A stretch of DNA of 64,000 nucleotides from Cyanobacteriota bacterium (GTDB lineage: Bacteria > Cyanobacteriota > Cyanobacteriia > Leptolyngbyales > Leptolyngbyaceae), in NCBI GenBank assembly GCA_046049545.1, contig JBJORF010000005.1, forward strand, positions 11,875 through 75,874, in the 5' to 3' direction. The notes under the pieces are model-generated. The model worked only from the letters and a program-made list of their open reading frames with translations, was not told the DNA's origin and did no database searches. Made by a program: the position numbers and the translations under genes. Position 1 is the stretch's first letter. Every line of letters starts with the position of its first letter. Shown one piece after another: positions 10,495 through 18,787 of the stretch.

Positions 10495-10612
10495 CTCAGC
10501 CCCCGGTTGATTGGGGTGGTTGAGCCGGGCTTCGGCGTGGCTCAGCCCTCGGTTGTGGGCTGACGCTCATTTCCGATCAATCAGTGGGTTGAGCAACCGC
10601 CGAAACCCACGG
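10481..10612. repeat. Hairpin-repeat family, locus A (three copies, one inverted)
   Basis: GGGCTTCGGCGTAGCTCAGCCC at 10481-10502 and GGGCTTCGGCGTGGCTCAGCCC at 10527-10548. CAGTGGGTTGAGCAACCGCCGAAACCCACGG at 10582-10612 is the exact reverse complement of 15916-15946. Confidence 0.8.
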
Positions 10613-10640
10613 TTCAGCAATCAGTTGAGCATTGGCGCTG

Positions 10641-11234
10641 TTAACGATCGATTTTGTAGAGCAACCATAGCCCGATCGCTAAGCTAATCCCGTGGGCGCA
10701 GAGGATCTGGGCATTTCCCAGCACCAGCCCCATATCCAAAGGCTCGATCATTTGTGCCCCCAAGGCGGAATTATAAATCGCCCCCGGTGCCATGGTGGTC
10801 GCCGATCGGCCCATCAAAATCCCGCCAATCACCTGCATTCCCAGTAAGCCCAAACCCAAACCCGCCATGGCAAATAGAATATTCAGCCACAGAAAACTGA
10901 TCGTGCTGACTTTGCTGGGGCGATTGTCGGGGTCGCGTGATTGCAGCCGTCGCCCGATCCGCAAACACTGAAAGTAGCGCAGCAGCATGAATAATTGCAC
11001 GACTAAGCTCAGCATCAAGATGATCCCGCCGAAATTCAGGCCAGCAGCCCGCGATGCTCCAGTTGCATCTTTCGAGACGAGGTTACGCCCGATCGCAAAG
11101 ACAATCGGCAGTCCCCCCAGCACCGCCAAAATGCCCTGCGCCCAAATGTTTCCCCAGCTAGCTCGCCGCAATAGTGAAGCGGTTTTCTTGACCACTGGCG
11201 AGAGTTCGGATGATGCGGTTTGGTCGTCGTACAT
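10641..11234 (-). CDS. DUF3611-family integral membrane protein
   Basis: Four hydrophobic segments. The start MYDDQTASSELSPVVKKTASLLRRASWGNIW at 11234 is preferred. Family call from memory. Confidence 0.55.
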   Translation of the reverse strand: MYDDQTASSELSPVVKKTASLLRRASWGNIWAQGILAVLGGLPIVFAIGRNLVSKDATGASRAAGLNFGGIILMLSLVVQLFMLLRYFQCLRIGRRLQSRDPDNRPSKVSTISFLWLNILFAMAGLGLGLLGMQVIGGILMGRSATTMAPGAIYNSALGAQMIEPLDMGLVLGNAQILCAHGISLAIGLWLLYKIDR

Positions 11235-11442
11235 AGTCTGAATCCTAAGAACGTATCGACTGAGATACATAACTGAGATATGTACTTCAGTCGCAGGTAA
11301 ATCGCGTAAAAATGGAACTGTTGATTGTGGATTATTGATGATGCAAGCAAACTTGCCTTAGGATTTAATCCTACCATTTCGTCTTTCCGGACTCTCGCTG
11401 TCTGATTTTGCTTAGTGCTCTTTGTTTTTAGACATCGTTGTT

Positions 11443-12117
11443 ATGCCTTTATCCCCATCCCCGTCGGTGCCACCTCCGATCGTTCGCTTGGTCATTGTTG
11501 AAGATGATCCGATGATGCAATTGGGTTTGGAGCAATCGCTGCAAGATTATCCCCATGTCCAGATTGTCGCCTTGGCCGCTGATGGGGTGAGTGGTTTGGC
11601 GGCGGTGCGGCAGCATCAGCCGGATTTGGTGGTGATGGATATTGGCTTGCCACGTTTGGATGGGATTGCAGTAACGCAGGCCATTAAAGCAGAAATGCCC
11701 CAGATTCGGGTAGTGATGTTTACTTCCCACATCTCGGAAACGGAAATTGTCGCGTCGCTCTCCAGTGGGGCCGATGCCTATTGCATCAAAGGCGCAAATG
11801 TCGAGCTGCTGATCAGCGCGATCGAGGCCGCCCTCGATGGTGCGGTTTATCTGGATCCAAAAATTGCCCGCAAGGTCTTGGAACATCTTCGTCCCCCGCC
11901 CCCGGAGGCGGATAAAGCGGCCTTGGCCACGCTATCGCCCCGGGAATTGGACGTGCTGCAATTGATGGTGCAGGGCTTGAGCAATTCCGAAATCGCCGAG
12001 TCGCTGTATCTCAGCACGAACACGATCAAAACCCATCTGCGCGGCATCATGAACAAGTTAGCCGTGGACGATCGGGTGCAAGCCGCCGTCGTGGCCTTGC
12101 GTGCGGGTTTGATCTGA
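11443..12117 (+). CDS. Response regulator, NarL/LuxR type (REC + HTH_LuxR)
   Basis: VIVEDD and DLVVMDIGLP (phospho-acceptor Asp). C-terminal LSPRELDVLQLMVQGLSNSEIAESLYLSTNTIKTHLRGIMNKL. The ORF-track start at 11422 is TTG; the ATG at 11443 is chosen. Confidence 0.9.
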   Translation: MPLSPSPSVPPPIVRLVIVEDDPMMQLGLEQSLQDYPHVQIVALAADGVSGLAAVRQHQPDLVVMDIGLPRLDGIAVTQAIKAEMPQIRVVMFTSHISETEIVASLSSGADAYCIKGANVELLISAIEAALDGAVYLDPKIARKVLEHLRPPPPEADKAALATLSPRELDVLQLMVQGLSNSEIAESLYLSTNTIKTHLRGIMNKLAVDDRVQAAVVALRAGLI

Positions 12118-12274
12118 GCGGCCCGTGGGTCTAATCGATGATTGCGAATAAATATCTCAAAACACAAAATATCTGCTGCAAAGTCTAAAGTTTTCAGTGC
12201 AGGTGGGGTCGGCGGTAGAAATATCCGGCACACTAGAGCGTATAGGCAATGAGTTTTTATCACTGTTTCGTCAC

Positions 12275-12304
12275 GCTACAGATTGAACGGCTACAGATTG
12301 AACG
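12275..12304. repeat. Perfect 15-bp tandem repeat x2 (GCTACAGATTGAACG)
   Basis: Copies at 12275-12289 and 12290-12304, inside the 650-bp ORF-poor spacer. Confidence 0.8.
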
Positions 12305-12770
12305 CGAATGGTCGATTATTCAGTGATTTCGGTATTCCAACGGAGTCGCAATTCTACCGTCAGCGAGTTTTCACCAATGCCGCCTGGGTCAGGCAACTGT
12401 TTAGATAAGGATAGTGAGGTGAATTGGATTTGGATGGGTCGGAATGTTGCATTGTGCGTTGAATCCCTCGGTGAATTTTGCCGATCAAAGCAGGGCAATC
12501 CCGACACAATCATCAATTACGTCAGTGGATCATTGGGCATCAGTGGTTTATCGGGTGCGCCACACAACACCAACCATTACGGGTCGTCACTTTCCTGGAT
12601 GGGCAATGCACCGGAACTTCAATTTGCATCATGGAGTCTGGCATTTATATCTCCCTGGACAGAGGTAATTCTCCGGTAAGACCGCTAAATTCATACCATC
12701 ATGTCCAAACTCTGATCAGTGATCACACTTCGCAAAACCTTGTCGTCACTACACTCTGGAAGCTAAAACT

Positions 12771-13130
12771 ATGAAATTTGAGGATATCTACCAATTCTTC
12801 AAAGATCCGCCGCCTTTCTATCTCAATAAAGAGCTGGCTGTCTGCTATGTCCTGTCGATTCTGCTGCGGAATGACTCCTATGGCACGGAGTTGATTAATT
12901 TGCTGGAATCAGAATATCCGTTCTATCGGCTGTCGGATACTGTGCTGTACAGTGCCCTGAAATTCCTCGAAGATCAGGATATGGTCACAGGCTATTGGAA
13001 GAAAGTCGAAGGTCGTGGTCGTCCGCGTCGGATGTACCAAGTTCGGGATGAAGTGCAGGATCAAGCCCGCGATCTGGCACGTCTGTGGCAGAGCTATGCG
13101 GTTCAGCAGGAACGCACGGTGGTTCACTAA
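12771..13130 (+). CDS. PadR-family transcriptional regulator
   Basis: Winged-helix pattern: CYVLSILLRNDSYGTELINLLE...LSDTVLYSALKFLEDQDMVTGYWKKVEGRGRPRRMYQV. Confidence 0.75.
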   Translation: MKFEDIYQFFKDPPPFYLNKELAVCYVLSILLRNDSYGTELINLLESEYPFYRLSDTVLYSALKFLEDQDMVTGYWKKVEGRGRPRRMYQVRDEVQDQARDLARLWQSYAVQQERTVVH

Positions 13131-13150
13131 TTTAACTTGGTGAGCGTTTA

Positions 13151-13204
13151 AGCGAACCCGCCTGATGATCGATGTTGATTCGATCGCCAGGCGGGTTCGC
13201 TTTT
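13151..13204 (+). terminator. Intrinsic terminator after the padR-like gene
   Basis: AGCGAACCCGCCTG ... CAGGCGGGTTCGCT (14-bp stem) followed by TTTT. Confidence 0.75.
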
Positions 13205-13251
13205 GAGCGATAATTTAGGTTAAATCCCATCGTCCCAACTGATCGCGCTCC

Positions 13252-13794
13252 ATGGATAACACCGTTATTGCTTCGACATTTTTCCTGACGATGCTCATGT
13301 TGATTGGGCTAGTGTTTTTCATTCGCGCTTCGACTAAAGATCGGACGCAGGTTGTGACGTTGAGTTCGGCTGAGTCGGGAGATCAGCTGTTGGCGGCCCT
13401 GAAGCAGTACTTCATCGATCGGGCCTATCAGGTCGATGCGGTCGATCCAGCGAAGAATAAAGTGGTGCTGTCGGGGCAAGTTCGTCCCAGTGTGTTTCTC
13501 GCGACGCTGCTCTCGCTGATGGCAGGCGTTGGCTCACTCTGTTTGGGGTTGGTGCTGTCGATGACGCTGCCGGATGTACCCTACCTCTGGGCGGCATTTT
13601 TGTGGCTGATTCCGGGCGCGACTTGGTTTTATTGGAAAAAAGCCGGCCGTCAAGAAGAAGTCTCCTTTGCCCTGGATGAAGCCAAGCAACCGCCGACGGG
13701 CAGTTGGCTGACGGTGCGTGCCCACCGTGACGAGCTGGAATCGCTTCAGCAGACGTTAAATTTGACCGTAGAAGACTATATCGCGATCGAATAA
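13252..13794 (+). CDS. Membrane protein, probably CCB1-like (cofactor assembly of cytochrome b6f complex C, DUF3529)
   Basis: N-terminal TM helix followed by FFIRASTKDRTQ, which I associate with CCB1 homologues, plus further TM helices. Tentative. Confidence 0.45.
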   Translation: MDNTVIASTFFLTMLMLIGLVFFIRASTKDRTQVVTLSSAESGDQLLAALKQYFIDRAYQVDAVDPAKNKVVLSGQVRPSVFLATLLSLMAGVGSLCLGLVLSMTLPDVPYLWAAFLWLIPGATWFYWKKAGRQEEVSFALDEAKQPPTGSWLTVRAHRDELESLQQTLNLTVEDYIAIE

Positions 13795-13924
13795 CTGCGA
13801 TCGAATAAGTCCAGGGCTCAGTACAGGATTAATAAAAATAAGCCGCCCTCGGCATCAAACCGGAAGGCGACTTAACTGAATGTATGAAGCACTTAATGTA
13901 TGAAGCGAGCTTACGCATCAAGTG

Positions 13925-14224
13925 CTAAACGAGGACTGCTTCGTCTTCATCCGGCTGACGTAGGCTGGGGAATAGGAAGTGATTCTCTTCAACGTACTGA
14001 GCACCAAACAGACCTTTCTCAGCCCAAAAATACCGATCAGTGGTATGCTCATTACGCTTCACCAAGAGAAGCGCTGGCGGAAGGATGCCTTCTGCGTGAA
14101 TGAACTTCCGGGCTGCTGTGACAGGCTTATCCTCGCCACAATCAATGCTAAACTGAGGGATGCATTCAAGGATTTTTCGTCCTTCTTGCCGCCGCCGACT
14201 CTTACGCTTACGTCTCCTTGCCAA
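13925..14224 (-). CDS. Hypothetical small protein with an extremely basic N-terminus
   Basis: TTG start at 14224, preceded by AAGGAGG with a 9-nt spacer. N-terminus ARRRKRKSRRRQEGRK. No family recognised. Lies in a lower-GC stretch. Confidence 0.5.
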   Translation of the reverse strand: MARRRKRKSRRRQEGRKILECIPQFSIDCGEDKPVTAARKFIHAEGILPPALLLVKRNEHTTDRYFWAEKGLFGAQYVEENHFLFPSLRQPDEDEAVLV

Positions 14225-14628
14225 GACCCCGTACCTCCTTGAACAACAATTGTTTTGTATTGCCAGTTACAAGACCGTCATCAAGTATATCGAGACTGCC
14301 CAAAAAATTCAACTAGTCTTAAGATTTTCGCAGGCTTTCTCAACATCTCGAAACCCCTTGCAACATAATCCGTAACATTTGTCAGAACCGTTGCCTAGCT
14401 GCGTATCTTGCTCCAATCCTGTCAGTTCGCGCTCAGTATGGACTGTTTCCTGGTCGACCAACACTCTTAAAATGTAACAAATTCGACAGAAATTTGGTTG
14501 CGCTATTCTCCCTAAGTTACTGGTAAAAAATACTTAAAGTCAATCCCTTGCCAATGTTGTTGCTTCTCCGATCGCGCTTCTCAATGATCATGACCCTGTT
14601 GCCGCTTGCGGCACGAGGGGGGTATTAG

Positions 14629-15951
14629 ATGTTGCTGCCGACCAGTGCGGAATTTGTGGAGTTGTGTCGATCGCAGTTGTGGCTGTTGGTGCAGGGGTTG
14701 GGAGCATCGGCGGCGATGGTGTATTTGACCGAAGAGGTGGTGAATTCGGCGGAGACTCGGTTGGTGCGAGTGGCATCGGTGCCGGAAGGGACAGTGCTAT
14801 CGGATCAATCCTTGCCACTGGCACTGCCGGCGAATCTTGAAATGGATGCGGAACTGCCGAATCCATTGCTGCCTCACCCGGTGACCTCCAGTCGGTCGGA
14901 GACCATCGGCCTGCTGGCGGATGCGGGAAGCTGGTCAGCGGTGCCGGAGTTGGGGCCGCTGGAGCGCCTGGTATTGCCGTTGATGCATGAAGAGATGGTG
15001 CTGGGTTTGCTCGTGGCGGAGCGGCGCGATCGCTCCTGGGATGGGCGGGAGCGGCAGCAGATTGAGCGGACAATTCAGACGTTGAGTTTGGCTTGTGTAT
15101 TGGATCAGCGATCGCGGTGGCTCCAGCACCGTCAGCAGCAAACTCAGCAGCTTCAGCTTCAGCAGCATGACCTGATGGATAATCTGGTGCATCAGTTTCG
15201 CAATCCGCTGACGGCGTTGCGGACCTTTGGGAAGTTACTGTTGAAGCGATTGCCGGAGGACGATCGCAATCGGGAAGCAGCGGCGAGCATTGTGCGAGAG
15301 AGCGATCGGCTACAGGAGTTGTTATTGCAGATCGATCGGGCGATTGATCTGCATGAAACGTTGCCCAATGAGCCCCGCGCGACTGCGCCAGCGGCGTTGC
15401 CAGCGGCAGGCACTTTAGGGGTGCGCTTAGAATTACAGCCCTGTGACGTGCGGGAGATTTTGCAGCCGTTGCTGATTTCGGCGGCGGCGGTGGCCCAGGA
15501 AAAGCAGCAAGTCTTGCACACGGAATGGCCGGAGCGACTGCCGACGGTGCAGGCGAATGCTTCGGCGCTGCGGGAGGTGTTGAGTAACTTGGTTGATAAT
15601 GCAGTGAAGTACACGCCGATCGGGGGTGAAGTGCATGTGCGCGTCACGGCAAACCCCGACAAAGTGCAGGTCAGTGTGACGGACAATGGCGGTGGGATTC
15701 CCGATGGGGATTTGGCGCAGTTGTTTCAGCGGCATTTTCGCGGGGTGCAGGCACAGACGGAAACGCCGGGGACGGGATTGGGCTTAGCGATCGCGCGGGA
15801 GTTGGTGCAGCAGATGCAGGGGGAGATTCAGGTATTTAGTCCGTTGTTGCCAGACGGGTGGCTGAGCGAGGTGTTGCCGACAACGCGGGGGGTGACCTTT
15901 GTGTTGACCTTGACTCCGTGGGTTTCGGCGGTTGCTCAACCCACTGGGTGA
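14629..15951 (+). CDS. GAF-domain sensor histidine kinase, Hik2/CSK-like
   Basis: H-box HQFRNPLTALRTFGKLLLKRL, N-box NLVDNAVKYT, G1 DNGGGIP and G2 GTGLGLAIA. No TM segments. The Hik2 assignment is tentative. Confidence 0.8.
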   Translation: MLLPTSAEFVELCRSQLWLLVQGLGASAAMVYLTEEVVNSAETRLVRVASVPEGTVLSDQSLPLALPANLEMDAELPNPLLPHPVTSSRSETIGLLADAGSWSAVPELGPLERLVLPLMHEEMVLGLLVAERRDRSWDGRERQQIERTIQTLSLACVLDQRSRWLQHRQQQTQQLQLQQHDLMDNLVHQFRNPLTALRTFGKLLLKRLPEDDRNREAAASIVRESDRLQELLLQIDRAIDLHETLPNEPRATAPAALPAAGTLGVRLELQPCDVREILQPLLISAAAVAQEKQQVLHTEWPERLPTVQANASALREVLSNLVDNAVKYTPIGGEVHVRVTANPDKVQVSVTDNGGGIPDGDLAQLFQRHFRGVQAQTETPGTGLGLAIARELVQQMQGEIQVFSPLLPDGWLSEVLPTTRGVTFVLTLTPWVSAVAQPTG

Positions 15952-16153
15952 TCGGTTGGGGATTGAGCGAGATGCTGCAATCGAGGGCTGAGCGCAGCCG
16001 AAGCCCGTCTCCATAACCCACTGGTCGATCGGTTTGGGATTAAGCGAGACGCTACAATCGAGGGCTGAGCGCCGCCGAAGCCCGTCTCCATAACGACTAT
16101 CACCTTAGCTGGCTGAGCCCCGCCAATATGGGTGGCTCAGCCCCGCCGAAGCC
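15916..16153. repeat. Hairpin-repeat family, locus B (31-nt copy inside the kinase 3' end, a 76-77-bp tandem duplication, and an extra inverted repeat)
   Basis: 15916-15946 is the reverse complement of 10582-10612. GGGCTGAGCGCAGCCGAAGCCC at 15985-16006 and GGGCTGAGCGCCGCCGAAGCCC at 16062-16083 sit in two units of about 76 bp (15947-16098). GGCTGAGCC/GGCTCAGCC inverted repeat at 16111-16142. Confidence 0.8.
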
Positions 16154-16157
16154 AAGC

Positions 16158-16895
16158 CTACTTTTCGCGCAATTTCTCAGCCGTGCGCAAAATTTGTCCG
16201 GCCAGAATTGCCGCACCAAAGCCGTTGTCGATATTCACCACACCCAGCCCCGCCGCGCAGGAATTCAGCATTCCCAGTAAGGGTGCCAAGCCATTAAAAC
16301 TCGCGCCATAGCCAATGCTGGTCGGTACAGCAATAATCGGGCAATCGACTAATCCCCCGACCACACTGGGCAATGCGCCTTCCATTCCGGCCACCACGAT
16401 CAGCACATCCGCCCGATCGAGCACCGCCTGCTGACTGAGCAACCGCTGAATCCCCGCGACCCCCACATCCCACAGCCGTTCGACCCGAAACCCACAAAGT
16501 TCCGCTGTTACCGCCGCTTCCTCGGCAACGGGCAAATCAGCGGTGCCTGCGGTGAGAATGCAGATCGTGCCGATCCGCTGGGGAATCTTTTCCGGCTGGA
16601 CGATCGCGCAAATCCGGGCCCGATCGTAATAGCGCATCGGCGGCAGCATTTGGGCGATCCATTCCGCTTTGGCTGGATCAACGCGGGTGGCAATAATCGC
16701 CGCCGGGGGTGCTGCGCGATCGTGCATCGCCGCCATGATTTGGGCAATTTGTTCCGGGGGTTTGTCCTGCCCCCAGATCACCTCGGGAAAGCCTGTCCGG
16801 CGGCCCCGATCGTGATCCACCTTGGCAAAATCTCCCACGGTCTCAAAGGGCAGCGGTTGGGGCGGTTCGGATTGGGACATGAAACGATCGGGCAT
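16158..16895 (-). CDS. larB: Nickel-pincer cofactor biosynthesis protein LarB (PurE-like carboxylase/hydrolase)
   Basis: GFPEVIWGQDK, TAGTADLPVAEEA and AGMEGALPSVVGGL motifs typical of LarB / AIR-carboxylase-like proteins. Confidence 0.8.
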   Translation of the reverse strand: MPDRFMSQSEPPQPLPFETVGDFAKVDHDRGRRTGFPEVIWGQDKPPEQIAQIMAAMHDRAAPPAAIIATRVDPAKAEWIAQMLPPMRYYDRARICAIVQPEKIPQRIGTICILTAGTADLPVAEEAAVTAELCGFRVERLWDVGVAGIQRLLSQQAVLDRADVLIVVAGMEGALPSVVGGLVDCPIIAVPTSIGYGASFNGLAPLLGMLNSCAAGLGVVNIDNGFGAAILAGQILRTAEKLREK

Positions 16896-16907
16896 GGGGC
16901 GATCGGG

Positions 16908-17453
16908 CTAGAAGCGATAAATAAAACGTTGAGTATTGGTGACGGGAATCCGGATTGAGGATGAGGCCGGATGCCGATCGGGCCGGTGATGGCGATGGAA
17001 AGTGCGCGGTGAAACGCTGTAATAACCGGGCGCGCTGTAATAACCGGGGGAATAGCCCACGGGATCTTCCAAAATGACGCGCTGGCTGCCATCCGGACTG
17101 ACAATTTCCGTACGCTGGTAGTAAACCGTTGGCGCTTGATAAACCCGATGTGGGGGCTGATGGTACACCCGATGCGGGGTCTGAATCCGCATGATTTCGC
17201 GAGAGGGCGTATAAATGTTGCTATGGGACGGCATGTAAATGTCGTGAGCCGAATGACCGATCGCATGATTCTGGCCGATCGTCAGAGGTTGATGCGACGA
17301 CTGATCAAAAAATGGCGCTGACCCGACTACCGGAGCCGATTCAATCATGAAGAATTGGGCTTGGGCGGGTTGCAGGTTCAAACCCCCGATCGTCACCACC
17401 ATCGCCCCCAACGCTAAAGCCTTTCCTGTGACTGTTCGACTTGTCATGAGCAT
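16908..17453 (-). CDS. Secreted hypothetical protein, His/Tyr/Pro-rich with short internal repeats
   Basis: Start chosen at MLMTSRTVTGKALALGAMVVTIGGLNLQPAQA (signal-peptide-like); a longer ORF would overlap the upstream gene. Internal repeats PHRVYHQPPHRVYQ and PGYYSAPGYYS. Confidence 0.55.
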   Translation of the reverse strand: MLMTSRTVTGKALALGAMVVTIGGLNLQPAQAQFFMIESAPVVGSAPFFDQSSHQPLTIGQNHAIGHSAHDIYMPSHSNIYTPSREIMRIQTPHRVYHQPPHRVYQAPTVYYQRTEIVSPDGSQRVILEDPVGYSPGYYSAPGYYSVSPRTFHRHHRPDRHPASSSIRIPVTNTQRFIYRF

Positions 17454-17500
17454 TACCTCGCATCGGCGAAACATAATCATGGCGAAACACAACCATACTT

Positions 17501-18742
17501 TCATTCTAATGCCTGAACCGCGATCGCTTGACCCGCCAGCCACCCCGTCGTCCAAGCACTTTGGAAATTAAAGCCCCCCGTCACACCATCGATGTCCAGC
17601 ACTTCCCCAGCGAAGTAGAGTCCGGGGGCGACTTTGCTCTGGAGGGTTTTGAAATCGACTTCGGAGAGTTTCACGCCGCCGCAGGTAACGAATTCATCTT
17701 TGAATTGACCCTTGCCATTAATCTGGTATCGGCCCTGGAGCAATTCTTCGATCAGTGCGTTGAGGTTGGCTTTGGGCAGATCTGACCAGCGACCCTCCGG
17801 CCCAATTCCTGCTTCGGCGGTGAGGCTTTCCCAGAGGCGGCGCGGAATCATTACGGGGCAGGAACTGGCGATCGTTTTGCGCCCGAGTTGATTTTTGACC
17901 ATCATCAGTTCCTTTTGCAGACTGTCACGGTTGTGCTTCGGGAGCCAGTTAATCACGAGTTCTGCCTGGTAGCGGCGATCACACAGTTCCCGCGCACCCC
18001 AAGCCGAGAGCTTCAGAATCGCCGGGCCGCTCAGTCCCCAATGGGTAATCAAGACGGGGCCAGTTTGTTCGAGTTTGGTTTTGTTGTCTAACTGCAATTT
18101 CACCTGGGCCGAATTTGCTGCGACTCCGGCGAGGTCTTGGAGGCGACGGTCTTTGATCGTGAACGTAAAGAGGGATGGGACGGGCGGGACGATCGTATGG
18201 CCCAAAGCCTGGGCGATCGTGTGCCCCTGTGGACTGCTGCCCGATGCCAGTAATACCGCATCAGCGGTGAGGACTTGACCCGATCGTAGGGTAACTTGCC
18301 AGCTTGAAGCACCGCGCTCAACTTTTTTCACCGCTGCGCCAGTTTGGAGCCGGATGCTGAGCTGGTCGGTGCGATTCATCAGACATTCAACGATCGTTCC
18401 GGAATCATCCGTCGTCGGAAACATCCGGCCATCTTTTTCGGTTTTCAGCGCCACACCGCGATCGCTGAACCAATCGATCGTATTTTGGGGCTGAAACCGA
18501 CTAAATGCCCCCCGCAACGCCTTCCCCCCCCGTGGATAATGCTGCACCAACACCGACGGCTCAAAGCAAGCATGGGTGACATTACAGCGGCCCCCGCCCG
18601 AGATCCGCACCTTGGCGAGGGGTTCACGGCCCGCTTCGAGGATCGTGACTTGGGTGTGGGGATTGGCTTCCGCACAGGCGATCGCCCCCATAAAACCGGC
18701 TGCGCCGCCGCCGATGACGATGACGGTTTGATGATTCAACAA
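17501..18742 (-). CDS. BaiN/HI0933-family NAD(P)/FAD-dependent oxidoreductase
   Basis: VIVIGGGAAGFMGA dinucleotide fold and ISGGGRCNVTH motif. About 410 aa, typical for the family. Confidence 0.85.
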   Translation of the reverse strand: MLNHQTVIVIGGGAAGFMGAIACAEANPHTQVTILEAGREPLAKVRISGGGRCNVTHACFEPSVLVQHYPRGGKALRGAFSRFQPQNTIDWFSDRGVALKTEKDGRMFPTTDDSGTIVECLMNRTDQLSIRLQTGAAVKKVERGASSWQVTLRSGQVLTADAVLLASGSSPQGHTIAQALGHTIVPPVPSLFTFTIKDRRLQDLAGVAANSAQVKLQLDNKTKLEQTGPVLITHWGLSGPAILKLSAWGARELCDRRYQAELVINWLPKHNRDSLQKELMMVKNQLGRKTIASSCPVMIPRRLWESLTAEAGIGPEGRWSDLPKANLNALIEELLQGRYQINGKGQFKDEFVTCGGVKLSEVDFKTLQSKVAPGLYFAGEVLDIDGVTGGFNFQSAWTTGWLAGQAIAVQALE

Positions 18743-18787
18743 TGTCGCCTCCCTGCTAAGTGGCCTCCCTGCTAAGTAGCCTCCCTG

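Noticed and set aside
12380-12390. CCGCCTGGGTC resembling the 3' CCGCCUGGGC box of the ZTP (pfl) riboswitch
   Set aside because: The upstream conserved pfl elements (GACUGGCG, GGGAAAC-type loop) are absent within the preceding 100 nt. I judge it a chance match.
12308-12679. 123-aa ORF (with overlapping 74-aa and 98-aa ORFs) inside the 650-bp spacer
   Set aside because: No SD, no recognisable motif, Ser/Gly/Trp-rich odd composition, and three mutually overlapping frames of similar length. This suggests chance ORFs in lower-GC DNA. The region is kept as a non-coding candidate.
14588-15073. 161-aa Pro/Ala/Ser-rich minus-strand ORF
   Set aside because: It overlaps the 5' part of the Hik2-like kinase gene on the opposite strand. 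Its composition is purely low complexity.
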